The position numbers were made by a program, and so were the translations under genes. 64,000 nt of DNA from the human T2T-CHM13v2.0 reference genome, Homo sapiens. Shown piece after piece: positions 52,196-64,000 of this stretch (position 1 is the stretch's first letter; each line of letters starts with the position of its first letter). The notes under the pieces were generated by a model. The model did not search any database and had not been told where the DNA came from. It worked only from the letters and a program-made list of their open reading frames with translations. Location of the stretch: NCBI RefSeq assembly GCF_009914755.1, contig NC_060934.1. One strand, written 5' to 3'.

Positions 52196-52390
52196 TCTTT
52201 TAAATAGCTTAAAAGAAAATATTGTGTGGTTATTCTTCCTTTGTCCTTGTTTCGCTGCATAGTCTTAAAGTGCAAGATTATTTACTTTTAAATAATCTTT
52301 TAAATAGCTTAAAAGAAAATATTGTGTGGTTATTCTTCCTTTGTCCTTGTTTTGCTGAATAGTCTTAAAGTGAAAGATTATTTACTTTCA
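52196..52390. repeat. Tandem duplication, period exactly 100 bp
   Basis: 52196-52290 versus 52296-52390: 4 mismatches in 95 bp. Confidence 0.97.
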
Positions 52391-54465
52391 TACTGAATTT
52401 CCAAAAACAATATTTGCATTTACCATTTTTTAATGATGAGGAAAAGTTAATTGTGTTACTTGGCAAGTTTGCATTGAACCTATCACATTTTTTAATGCTT
52501 TGCTCACAGTACTTTCACTAGAGTGCTAGCAATTAGATGTATGCAAGGAGTAACCTTACCACATTAATACAATGTTTTGCCTAGACACCAAGTCATAGTG
52601 TTTTAATTTCTGACATGTTAGAGAGAATGATAGGACTTTCTTCAGTATAAATGTCCTATTAACTAATCCTTGTGATGTTAAGTTACAGGGCTTTGAGTCA
52701 TCTATCTAAGAAAAGGCACTGACTCCTGCCAAATCTTGAGCATTGACAGCAGCCAAAGCCTTCTCTTCAGACCAGGGAAAAGGTGACAATCAAAATGGAC
52801 TACTTTCAAGAGACTCAGGGCCAGAAACTAAAACTATTCAGTCCCTGTAGGCCCAAGTACTATTATGGAAGAAGTGGGCATGTGAGATTGTAAAAGCCAG
52901 TTCCAGGGATAAAAGTAGTTCAGAGTTTTTCTATAAATTAAACATTAATAGCAAAAGTACACTGATGCAAGCCAGCATTTAGGTATTTGTGTCAGAATAA
53001 CAGGGTTTTCTTGGAGCATTCATCTGAACTTTAATAGCAACTTTAAAAAAGTTATAAAAGGTTTATGAAATTCTTACCTTGTGGTCAAACTAATTTCAAA
53101 TGTGAGGTGGTTTTAATTTTCTTTATTTTTATATAGATGTGTTGTTAATATGTGTTCCAGGATTGTATGAGATTTCTGAAATTCTGATATGTTTTAACAT
53201 ATGTTGTCAGTAATGATTATCATTATTATTCTAAATTTTTTATATGCCACAGAAATAACCAAATTTTATTGTCAAATGTGTCTGTCCTAAGACTTTTGTT
53301 ATCCACAATTGTTTTGCTTTGATTCTTCTAAAAAGCAACTTATAATTAGCTACGGTCCAGGGCTTGCTTCTTCCAGGGAGTTCATGAAAAGGACTCTGGA
53401 ATGCAGTTTTCTGTTAATGTTTGAGATTATGCCATTAGAAAGAAAATTTCTAGGACACAAATTAAAAGGCTTATGTTTTCAAAAAGATTGCTAACCCAAC
53501 ATGAAGTAGATCAGGAGTTGATTGCATAGAATGAACTAATGGAGGACAGAAATAATATTGAAACATTGCTGTTTTTTTTTTTTCAGAGTCTAGAGAATTT
53601 TTTTCTTTTAAAGTATTTATAGCCTTTAACAGCTGAGTAGAGCGTACTTTTGTAAACAGAATTTAAAGCATGTTTCTCTCTTTGCCTGATTTCTCCAGAA
53701 TTCAGAAACTGTGAATATTCTTTATTCAGGACAATGTGGTTGTTTGCATAAGTTCAATAAGAGTATATTTTATGTTATAATAGGACACAATTGTAGGAAC
53801 TGATTATTTTCTCAGGGCTTTCACTGAAATGTCATGTTTTCAGATATGAGTAGCCTGCTTTGAGAAACTGCTGTTAACTTTATGGAGCTGATGAGACCCC
53901 CTTAGAAGGATTGGCCTCATACCTTATCTACACATTCCTTTGCAGGGTTTCTGGCCTGTGGTTAAGTTGACAATTTCACTTTCTGACAGGTCCAGGAACC
54001 TCAAGTTTCTCAAGTTGGGGCCTGGAGAAAAAGGGGTTCACTGAATACATGCAGGTATCTGCAGGTGCAGATAGATTCCTGGCTGGGCTCGGGAGGCCTT
54101 TGGAGGCCAAGTCTGAGATTCCCTGTGAGAGGTTCCAATGAAGCTAACTTAGGAGAGGTATATTGAAAATGATACTTGCTATATTTTTTTGTGAGTAATC
54201 AGGCCAAGTGTAATGGGACTGAAGTTTATTTTGCAGGTAGGTTTATCCAGCTGTGATTTGTCTTTGGTGGAAGTGGGGGAATGGAGAGAGAAAAATTACA
54301 TTTCAGAAGAAAACTATATAATTATATTAACCGTTGATTCCTGGGTGGACAGTGGCCACCCCTAGTATGAAGTTGCCCACAAAGACTACTCAGCATAAAG
54401 CAGGCAGAAAGATCCACGATGAGATTTCTCACGATTGAGAAATTGGTAAACAGCAAGAGGTGGCC

Positions 54466-54946
54466 TGAAACTGGCCCAATTGTTTCATAGAACTGATGTT
54501 TATGGTTTCTTCTGAATAAACATAGAAATTTACCCTCTATGTCTCAAAACTTACATTTGTCTTATCTGAGTTCCTTTCTCAGGAAATCAACCACCAGGCC
54601 TCCAGATAGTATCAAAGAATTGAAACCTACCAGATCACAACATCTGGAGACACCAGACCCCTCACCTATCATGATTGTCTTACCCACCGTCTGTTTACTG
54701 TTGATCAACTCCTCTCTGTCTTAACCCTCCCTAATTTCTGTTTTCCTGCACTTGGTTACATTTCTTCCCTCCTATATAAACCACTAAATTTAGTTCAGTT
54801 GAAGAGATGGATTTGAGACTGAACTCCTGTTTTCCTCAGCTGTAGCACTTGAATAACCCTCTTCCCTAACAACACTCATCTTAATGACTGGTTTTCTGTG
54901 CAGTGAGCAGGAAGACCTACACTGAATCTCTGGCATTTTGATAACA
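54466..54946 (+). mobile_element. LOR1 3' LTR
   Basis: tgaaactggcccaattgtttcatagaactgatgtttatgg...tttgataaca. Confidence 0.93.
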
Positions 54947-55217
54947 TCAGTTATAATTTCTATTATCTCTGTATGCTAAGGACAATATCTTTGAAATATG
55001 GGGATAGTTCCAGTATTAAAACTAGAAAAAAAGTGGCAAAATTTTTTACATCAGAATGGGTAGTAAAATTTGTATAGCCCCTCACAAAGAACATACTGGT
55101 GTTCCAATGATATAAAACATTCTGGGATCGTGAAAAGGCTGAAATTTTTAGACTTGATAAAAAATGAATAAGATAGTGTTGAAACCATTTTTAGTTTCTA
55201 TCAATAATAATGAATGG

Positions 55218-55335
55218 AGCGAGGGGTGATGGTACGTTCCTGTAGTCCCAGCTACGTGAAAAGCTGAAACAGCAGGACTTTTTGAGCCCAGAAGTTTGAG
55301 ACAAGTCTGGGTAATATAGTGAGACCCTGTCTCTA

Positions 55336-55367
<32 letters not shown>
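55218..55367 (+). mobile_element. Free Alu monomer (FLAM-like) with (AAT)n tail
   Basis: cctgtagtcccagctac...gagcccagaagtttgagacaagtctgggtaatatagtgagaccctgtctc, then an (aat)n run. Confidence 0.85.
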
Positions 55368-55368
<1 letters not shown>

Positions 55369-56096
55369 CATCATCAATGGAGCCTCTTGGTAGAATTGTA
55401 TTTTTATCTTGTACTCCAAATTGTCCATTACTATGTGGCCACCACCCTCCAATTCAAGAGGAATTATATTTCTACATAAATTATCTTCCATAGTAGGTTT
55501 TCACATGTTCCAAGATAAATTATTTTAATCAAAAATAAGGTAAATTTGAATTCTTTTAGCAGATAACAACTTTAAGAAATTTTTAATCTCAATTTTATGT
55601 TTATCAAGATATTCATTCCAAGTTTCATTTAGTATCTACGTGGATACGCATCCCTCATTAATTGATTTCTGGAGACAAACCATTTTCTGAAAGACTTATC
55701 TTTTATTATCTCATAGATTTGTTCTTTCCCAGTCACCCAGCTACTGCAACTGTATTTTACTTCTCTACTTTGACTTCCACATTTTTTTTCCTCTATTCTT
55801 CTGTAAATTCATTTATTGTTAACACTTGGTGTCATTAGCGCTAATTTTATTCTCTTATTTTCTAATGAACAATTATAGCAGCATTTCTAAAGCCATAATG
55901 ATGTAATAACAAAAAAAATAAAGATTTAATAGATATATAGGGTAAGATTTTTACCAACACTTTAAAATCTAGCTTGGTTACCCTGAAGCAAAAACAAAAC
56001 AAAACAAAACAATGGTAACTAGAGCAGAACTATTTTGCTCTATAAATATTCCATTATCTGCATCATTCAGAGTTGTCTGTTATAAATACTTATTCT

Positions 56097-56470
56097 ATTT
56101 TTATTTTAATTGATAAATATTTATGTATATTTATATAAATACAATGTACAATATGATGTTTTGATCTACATATATGTTGTAGAAAGATTCAATCAGGGTA
56201 ATTAACTTATCCATCACCACACAAATTTATCATTTTTTGGAGTAATGAGAATGTTAAAAATTTATCCTTTTAGCAATTTTCAAATATATAATACATTCTT
56301 ATTAATTGTATTAATATGCAGTATAATAGATCACTCAATTTATACCTCCAGTCTAACTGAAACTTTATATCCTTTGATCAATATCTCTCAAGTCCTCATC
56401 ACTCCTTCTTCTCCCACCGCCAACCCCAGCCTTCGGTTACTACCTTTCTATTTTCTCTATTTCCATGATT
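56097..56470 (-). mobile_element. L1MA (MA7-9-like) 3' end
   Basis: aatatgatgttttgat, ttttagcaattttcaaatatataataca, ctaactgaaactttatatcctttga. Confidence 0.82.
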
Positions 56471-56683
56471 TATTAAAATTTTCCCTTAATCCATTATTAA
56501 GCCATCCAAATCAACCACCAAAATAATATTTAATTTAAAGCACATAAAACTTTAATTGTTTAAGGCTTATTATAGTTGTTAGACATGTTTTAACTTGGAC
56601 ATATTTAGGAAATGCAAGGTATACTTACAAGCTAAAAGGTAGAAGGAACATTGCATTAAGAGTCAAGAGAAATTATATTCCTC

Positions 56684-57398
56684 TTGGCTCATGGGGGTGG
56701 ATCCTTCATGGCTTGATAAGTCTTTATGATAGTGAGTTTTCAAGAGGTCTGGTCATTTAAACGTGTATGGCACCTCAACAAACTGTAAGAGCAGCCTGAG
56801 GGGCTGAACCCTGCAAAGCCGCAGGCTGGGCAGAGCTGCTCAAGGTCTTTGGAGCTCACCCTTATACCAGTGTGCCATGGATGGAGGACATGGAGATAAA
56901 GTAGATTATTTTGGAGCTTTAATATTTAATGACTGCCCTGTTGAGTTTCAAATTTCCGTAAGGCCTGTAGCCTCTTTCTTTTCACCTATTTCTCCCTTTG
57001 GGAACAGGACTGTTTACTCAATGCCTATACATTCCATTTCAATGCTGTAGGTGGGGCCTGGTGGGAGGTGTTTGAATCATGGGGGAAGATCCTTCATGGC
57101 TTAGTGCTGTCTTTGTGATATTGAGTTCTGGTCATGTAAAACTGTTTAGCACCTCCCCCCAGCACCCACAAGCATCTCTCTCTATGTCTCTCTCTCTTGC
57201 TCTTGCTTTTGCTATGTGATGTGCTTGCTCCTGTTTCATCTTCCACTATAATCTTAAGCCTCCTCAGGACTCCCCAGAAGCAGACACCACTATGCTTCCT
57301 GTGCAGCCTACAGAACTGAGAGTCAATTACACCTCTTTTCTCATAAATTACCCAGCTTCTGGTATTTCTTCATATCAATACAGTAACAGCCTAATACT
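56684..57398 (+). mobile_element. Collapsed MSTB/MSTA-like element (LTR fragment, internal fragment, partial 3' LTR)
   Basis: tcatggggg..gatccttcatggctt occurs twice; internal ccctgcaaagcc...gattattttggagctttaa; ends cctaatac. Confidence 0.85.
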
Positions 57399-57399
57399 G

Positions 57400-58110
57400 A
57401 TACTAAAACCAATTTGTGAAAGATAGACAGGAAATGAGATTTCCAAGGTGCCTAACTATTACCAACAGCATTATTTGCTAATTTCAAAGAGAAAACATAC
57501 TTTCAGAAAATAGTGTTGTGGCTGTTATCATCTTAGTTAAATTCTCTTAAATAGCATATTTATATCAGGTCAACTTTGCTTCCTAAGGTAATGTAATACG
57601 CAGTTCCCATTAAACTGATAAACTAATATTGTCAAAATGTTTAACATGAATTTAACAGTATATGAGGTTGGCAAAGTTTTTATCTAGAGGGTAGGTAGTA
57701 AATATTTTAGGCATTTGGGTCACATACTATCTATATTGTATATTGTTCTTTTTCTTGTTTGTTTGTTCCTTTACATGTAAAACTCCTTCTTAGTTTGAAT
57801 GTTGTTTAAAAATAAATCACAGGCTGGGGTTGTCCTACAGGTCATATTTTATTGACTTCTGGCTTGAAGGAATACTTGAAAAACCCTACAAGAAAGTGAT
57901 CTGACAAATCTAAATTATAATACATTCTAAAAGACAGTCAACGCTTCTTTCTTCAAGATGTAAATGGTATAAAAATATAAATAAGGGGAGAGGACTGTTT
58001 AACCATAAATATGACTAAAGAGATAAAACTAAATACAAAAACCTGCATACTATACATGAAATTGGATCCTGCTTCAATAATATTTTACAACTTATAAAAG
58101 ACATTTTAGA
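57400..58110 (+). mobile_element. Old L1 (L1MC/ME) 3' fragment interrupted by MER58
   Basis: gtgcctaactattacc...tttgctaatttcaaagag; gactaaagagata; ataaaagacatttt. Confidence 0.5.
57661..57861 (+). mobile_element. MER58 (MER58C-like) hAT-Charlie MITE
   Basis: gaggttggcaaagttttt...tagtaaatattttaggc ... ttgacttctg termini. Confidence 0.78.
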
Positions 58111-59396
58111 ATATTTTCCTTTATTTCAAAGGAAATATCCATTATTTCAAAAAATGTTAGTATTTAAAGTAGTGATTACTTCCCAGTATTTCTTAATATT
58201 AGTAAAACACTACATCATCTGAAGAAATAATTGCCACATATTTGAAAGTCTATGTCTGCTCGTTTTAAATAGTAGTTTTCAAAATGCCTAAAGTTGCAAA
58301 TCTGGACTACTCAAGTCAATAGTCTACTTGAGAACTGGATAATTTAGGCATAGATATTCCACTGATATATTCTGGAGCACCATGTAGATAAATCTTTGAA
58401 AAAAAAAAACAACATTCTCAGTCTTCTCTTTATGTTTAACTCTATGGGCACATGTCAGTAATGAGCTTAGTATCGGTAATCACAGAGGTAGCATGTGTAA
58501 GCAGACTCTTGAGATCAGCTAGATCATTTCCTATGGGAATTTACAAGGATATCTTGCTCCTTTCTTTTCTTTACTTGTATATGAATTACTTGATACAGGT
58601 TTGGATAATTTAAATGTTTGCTCAATCCTCTACACGCCTCTGTTCTCTCACTACAGCCCAAAGAAAGATGTACATTGGTCTTTGTAAGATGAGTTATGTG
58701 ATTCAGCCCTGCTAACTGCAGTATTTGTAGGGTGGCAGAGTAACTATTTCAAGCTCAAAGTCATTAAAAATGTCATCTGATATCTAACTGACTTAGGGCA
58801 TAATACCCCCAGCAACAAGTAAATCCGTGGACTCAAAGACAGGCAGGCCTCCAATTAACCCTCCCCAGCTACTAAAACTGAAGAACTACCTTTCATATAT
58901 TGTCACTGTGTTGGTGATTAGTCAAATAATTTATGAAAAAATATACATAGTTATTTGGAATAAATGAATGCTGAAATTACTAAACATCAACAGCTACAGT
59001 GGTTACTGCTGCCCATTCCTTGATCTTGTTTAAAAAAAAAAACAAAAACAAAAACAAAAAAAACCTCTCATGATTCATATTAGTATAAAAGATGTTTCTG
59101 ATGAATTGTCAACCTTAGATCCTCCATACTCGTCTCACTCCGGAAGAAAACAATAAAGACCTCCAGATGTCAAAATAATTCTGTACTATCCGGTACCTTG
59201 TAAATTAATATGTACACAAACACCCACTCAGAACTACACATAAAACAAAGCCTTCTTTTAAATTCTGACAGATCTTTTCAAACTTCATGTTATCCCTCTA
59301 GCAGTTTTTAATGTAGCATCAACCTTAACAAAAACAGTCTTGTGTTGTGAAGACAAGAATTATTTCCTGAAATTTTGTTTTAATTGCACGCACAGA

Positions 59397-59440
59397 TGTG
59401 TGTGTGTGTGTGTGTGTGTGTGTTTGTGCCTTTGTGTGTG
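59397..59440. repeat. (TG)n microsatellite
   Basis: Direct read. Confidence 0.95.
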
Positions 59441-60424
59441 CTAAGTGGCAATGGAAATTTGTAATTAGGATACAGTAATGAAAAGTTCGAAGGTTATAAT
59501 ACTTGAAAGGATAACAGCATTAACAAGACTAGATACTTTTTCTGCTTTTACTACCCTAAGAAGAATAAGGGCTTTAGTAAAAGCCATCTACCACCAACAT
59601 TTTAGGATTATAAAATATTTTATTCACGAGAGTTGTAGTTAGAGAAAATTCATAGAAGCCACCTTCTATTTCACTTATCGAGACTGTAAGCAAAATTCAT
59701 AATTATTATTATCTTTTATGATTTCTTTTTATGTATAATTTCAATTTTTCATTAATGGCCATTTTATGTCTCATTATTCTTCATTATTCTTTACAAGAAT
59801 TATTATTATTTAGGTGTTACCTGTTCCAAGACTAAAAGAAATAGCTATATTACTAAGCATGAAAAGAAATCTAGTTTAACTTTGCAATCGAAAACTAAAG
59901 AGCGAAACAGAATCCTTGATTAACAACCAAAGTTTCTCATTTTGTTTACAGCAAAAATGATTAATTGTCTTCTAATGGGTAAATCAATACTTTGCTTAAT
60001 GGTATCTGTTTCTCAGAACTGCATACCTCTAGTTCATTAACTCTTCTAAATAGCATCCTGCCTTGGAAAACTGCACAAAATGTGCTGATGTTTCTTTTAA
60101 AGTCTTGATAAATCTTCTGTTCTCTTTGTCTTAATCAGTCTCTCACTAAGTCTGCATTACTAACAATACAAGTATAGTGTTTTAGTATTCTGATACAGTT
60201 TACATAAGTAATAGGAGAAAAAATGAGAAGACTATTGTTCAAGGACTTATAATAGCAATAAGGCTAGCAATGGACCAATCACTCATTACAGAAACCCATT
60301 ATGCACCAGCAAGTCTAATAAGATTGTACAACCTGAAGTAAAAAAATAAAAAAGGAAGAAATAATAAATAAATAAATAAATACATTGATGGAGTTTTCCA
60401 GTATGCAGATAGACTAAGGGGCTA

Positions 60425-60800
60425 TTATCCATTAATTTAACAAATATGCTGGGAGGCCTGACTATGTGATTGGCTAACATAAGCAGCAAAGACAGGCAAA
60501 GCCCCTGAGCTCATGGAAATTCATTTCCAGTGGGTGATTTAAACAATAGAGAAGCCCATCAATAAATTAACGAGATAAATTCATTTAGAATAAGTGCTAT
60601 AAAGATAACAAAGAGGGACTTTGGGTAGGAGGCATAATGTAAATTTGGCTTGCAGTGAATAGGTCGCTGAGGCACTGATGTGTCAGCTGAGGCTTACTTG
60701 AATGACAAGAAGTCAGCCATGTCATTCAGGCTGAGGTGGCAACAGGTCCAAAGGCCTTACACAGAAACAATCATGGTACAAATAAAAACAGAAGGAGGGC
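60425..60800 (-). mobile_element. L2 3' region
   Basis: atttaacaaatatgctgggaggcctgactatgtg...gcccctgagctcatggaaattcatttccagtggg...aagtgctat. Confidence 0.75.
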
Positions 60801-62689
60801 AGTCTTAATTTCATCTAAAGAAGCTAAAGTCTTATTCACTACCCACATAATACTTTTCAAAGGAAATAACAGAATAGTTGAAAACATAATATTGATAAAA
60901 TGATTATAAGTCTCTTCCCTGCATTTGCCATGCATAAACAACAACTTATAAAAAAAAGGTATTTATATCACAATCCATCTCATAATATTATACCATCTCT
61001 CTAGTCTCTGGACTCTTTCTCTTTTTCAGGCTGTTAGCAATAGTGCTTCCCTTGTTCTCTTCTTTCATAGCAAAACCCATTCAAATAAAACAAAAGCCAG
61101 AAATACGAGATTAATACTTTCAACCCTAAAGAATATTGCTCCCTTGAATCAACAAAATACAAAGAAAATACACAATTTTTGAAGAGGAATAACTGAAAGA
61201 GGATAAAAATATATCAAGAGAGTAAACACAAATAATCTCAAATGATTTTCTTGTTACACACACACACACATACACGTGCATACACATGCATTTTAGAGAA
61301 CTATGATATGATTAATGCAGGAGACAGAAAAACATATAACTACACATACTGAAAAAATCGTTATATTTATTAAAAGTGGACAAAGTGGAGAAATTGCCAG
61401 AAAATATATAATTGAGATTTCAGACATAAAGAAACATACAAATGACCAAATTATCAGTGCTTCTATTTCTGAAATTGAGACAGAATATAAGCTTAAAGCA
61501 AAGCTGCTTAAGAAATTATGAAATTAAAATATGGAAGACATTTATAATGTCAAATATACTTAGACATGGAAATTAGTTAATTAAAGTGCTATGGAGTCTT
61601 TTCTTAAACGGAAAACTAAGGTCTCTTCTAATTGTGGTTGTGTTACTCTCAATCCCTGATACACAGATTTATATAGAAGGAATTCTAGGTTGTTTGACTT
61701 AAGATTTTACATACTTTAAATTATTCATGGTTTAAAAATGAAAACAATTGAAACATAAGAATTAATTATAAGACATTTTTGTTTTCTTTCAATTTTTCAA
61801 TTTAAACAACACAGACACAATACTTAGGAAATAATGGGGAAGAAATAGAAGTATATTAATAGGTCATGATGTCAATAAGAGGAGTGGAAAGACAGAATGC
61901 AATTTCAAAGAAAATTTTAAACATCGAAATGAAAAAGAAAATGAAAAAAGGGATCAAGAAAATGATGAAAAGTCATATTACAGATTAACTCAAAAAATGG
62001 CATGATGAGTACTTGAGCCACTGTGTATGAAAAACATACTAATAGAGACATAGCACTCAAAACTAAGGTGAGAAATCAATTTTCAATGCCTCCAGAACAT
62101 CCAAACAATACTAAATCTTTTGGTCCATTTCTGACAACAGGAAGAGCCAATTAAAAATTGCCTCTTGAAAAACCATTTCTCCCTTGGCACGAAGTATATT
62201 TCTGAAGCCAATTTTGGGAAACACCCCCATTTTCCTTGTAGGTCTTCATTTTTCTGAAAGTTACTTTGTATTGTATCTCTTCCTCTTTTATTTAAAAATA
62301 ATCAAGTTGATACTTATTAACTATTTTGTTTCTTGCTTTATTATTCATAGATATCAAGGTTATGCTTGCAGTCAAAAAAGATATATTAAAAATATTGTGT
62401 GGTCATTTAAGAACTCAGTCATATAAGTTTTGAGTATACAGTATTGCAATACATATAATTGTTTTCTAAAATGTTCAAAATTAAGATATTTGGTTATAAC
62501 AATTTAAAAATTAGATATTTTGAAAAATGATAAAGATCTGTTTTGCCAGGTTTTATTGTCAAAAGGTAATTTAGCTACCTAACTGTGGCCATATCTTTCT
62601 CCTCTATAAAGCCAATGTTTCAAAATTTGTTTTTGCTTAGTAATTCCATTTCTTCAGCTCTAATATAGTTGGTAGCCTACAGTGCCCAG

Positions 62690-63996
62690 TGAAAACATTC
62701 CACATCAAGGTCATCAAATGTCTTCTGTATTTCTAAATTCAATGGTGTTTTATAAAATTGTCATCTTGAGCTTTCTTCAGTGTTTGTCAGAGCCACTCAC
62801 TATTTCTCTCTGAAACACTTTTCTTTGCTTCCACTAAACCATGTCTTTTTATTTATTCCTTCTAAATTTCTGACTCCTTTGAAGATTCATTTACTTAACG
62901 ACCATTACATTTTAACATATGTCAGGACAGTGCAAGGCCCCTTTATCTTTCCTCTTCAGAATCTCTCCTTAAAAAAAGGTACCATAATGTTAACATTTAC
63001 ATGGGTGTCTTTTCAATATATGACTCTAGTCCAGACTTTTCTTTTAAACTAAGTACCAATATAACCAACTGCCTATTAATCATCTCTTTGCATGTGTCAA
63101 AATTACTTCAAGCTCAATATATGCTACATTAAAGACATAATTTATCTCCTTCTGGGAATCAAATTCTCTCCAGAGTTCTCAAATATCATGGTTGGGATAC
63201 TATGCGTTTATTGCCCCCAAGCTGAAACATAGGAATCATATTTGATAACTTCCACTTCTGTATTAAATTTGTCACTAAATCCTTTTGATTTTACTTTCAA
63301 ACTACATCTCACAAATCCATTCATGTATTCTCTGTCTACATTTCCCATCTGGATGTGGCCTTTTGCATGAGATGATATGAAACTGCACCCTAAAGGGCAA
63401 TTCTTCATCATCTATTAGCTCCTCCAACAGTTCTGTGCACAGTACCTGAAAAAATCTTTTGAAAATGCAAATGTGGATATGTGTTGCCAATTTTTCCTAA
63501 GATAAAAAACACAATTCTTATCAAAATCTAAAATTTCTGCAAGAATTGGCACCTGGTTACCACACCAGGCAATTTGAACCTCTTTTTCTCTCTCAATTAC
63601 TGTGTTTCCACCACTCAGACCATGATTTATCTCACATCAGGGCATCTGCCTTTCCCTTAACTCAGAATATATCAGCAACCCTCCTCCCACTCCCTCTGCT
63701 TAGTAAACTGCAGTACCTACCATCAATCTCAACTCAGTGATCCTATAAATAATTTCAACTCTCCTTGTAATGTGCTTCCTTATATACCCATATTTTTATT
63801 TAAATAAATTATTAATGTATAATTAAATTGTTGTGTGATTATTCAATTAACATCTGTCTTCCTCACTAAATTGCAAGATTCATGAAGTCAAATTCAAGAC
63901 ATTTGCTTAACCTGTTATCCATAGGAAATAAAATAGCGCTTGGCCCCAAATAGGTACTTAAACATTTTAAAATCAGTGAATATGCAAATGAATAAG
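62690..63996 (+). mobile_element. L2 (about 1.3 kb, including 3' end)
   Basis: aaggtcatcaaatg..ctaaattcaatgg, ataaccaactgcct, ccaagctgaaacataggaatcatatttga, aaataggtactta...aatgaataa. Confidence 0.8.
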
Positions 63997-64000
63997 AAAC

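Noticed and set aside
60995-61030. Strong-looking splice acceptor (pyrimidine tract, then ttttcag/G)
   Set aside because: No convincing downstream donor or ORF; cannot be supported without transcript data

Overview
AT-rich primate (most likely human) non-coding genomic DNA, either a gene desert or a large intron. I can support no protein-coding exon, RNA gene or CRISPR-like array. The short ORFs are chance frames or read-throughs of Alu, THE1, MER52 and L1 sequence. The window is a dense record of transposable elements: THE1/MST/MLT1 MaLR elements; ERV1-class LTRs (LOR1, MER52, MER41B, LTR8, MER34, MER31); a MER11 (HERV-K HML-8) solo LTR; Alus; old and young L1; L2/MIR; and DNA transposons (Tigger3, MER44, MER47, MER58, piggyBac-derived MER85). 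The largest structure is a complete two-LTR LOR1 provirus (45622-54946, TCAG target-site duplication, tRNA-Glu-type PBS). It hosts an Alu, a MER52 that itself contains a MER11, and a short L1 insertion that appears to carry a 3' transduction. Other points of interest are several template-switch or repair scars and TE-borne regulatory motifs (DUX4, GAS/STAT, CSB-PGBD3 palindrome), plus one CTCF-like site. Family names come from my recall of consensus sequences, not a database search, so subfamily letters and old-repeat boundaries are approximate. I found no evidence for a new multi-gene biological system.
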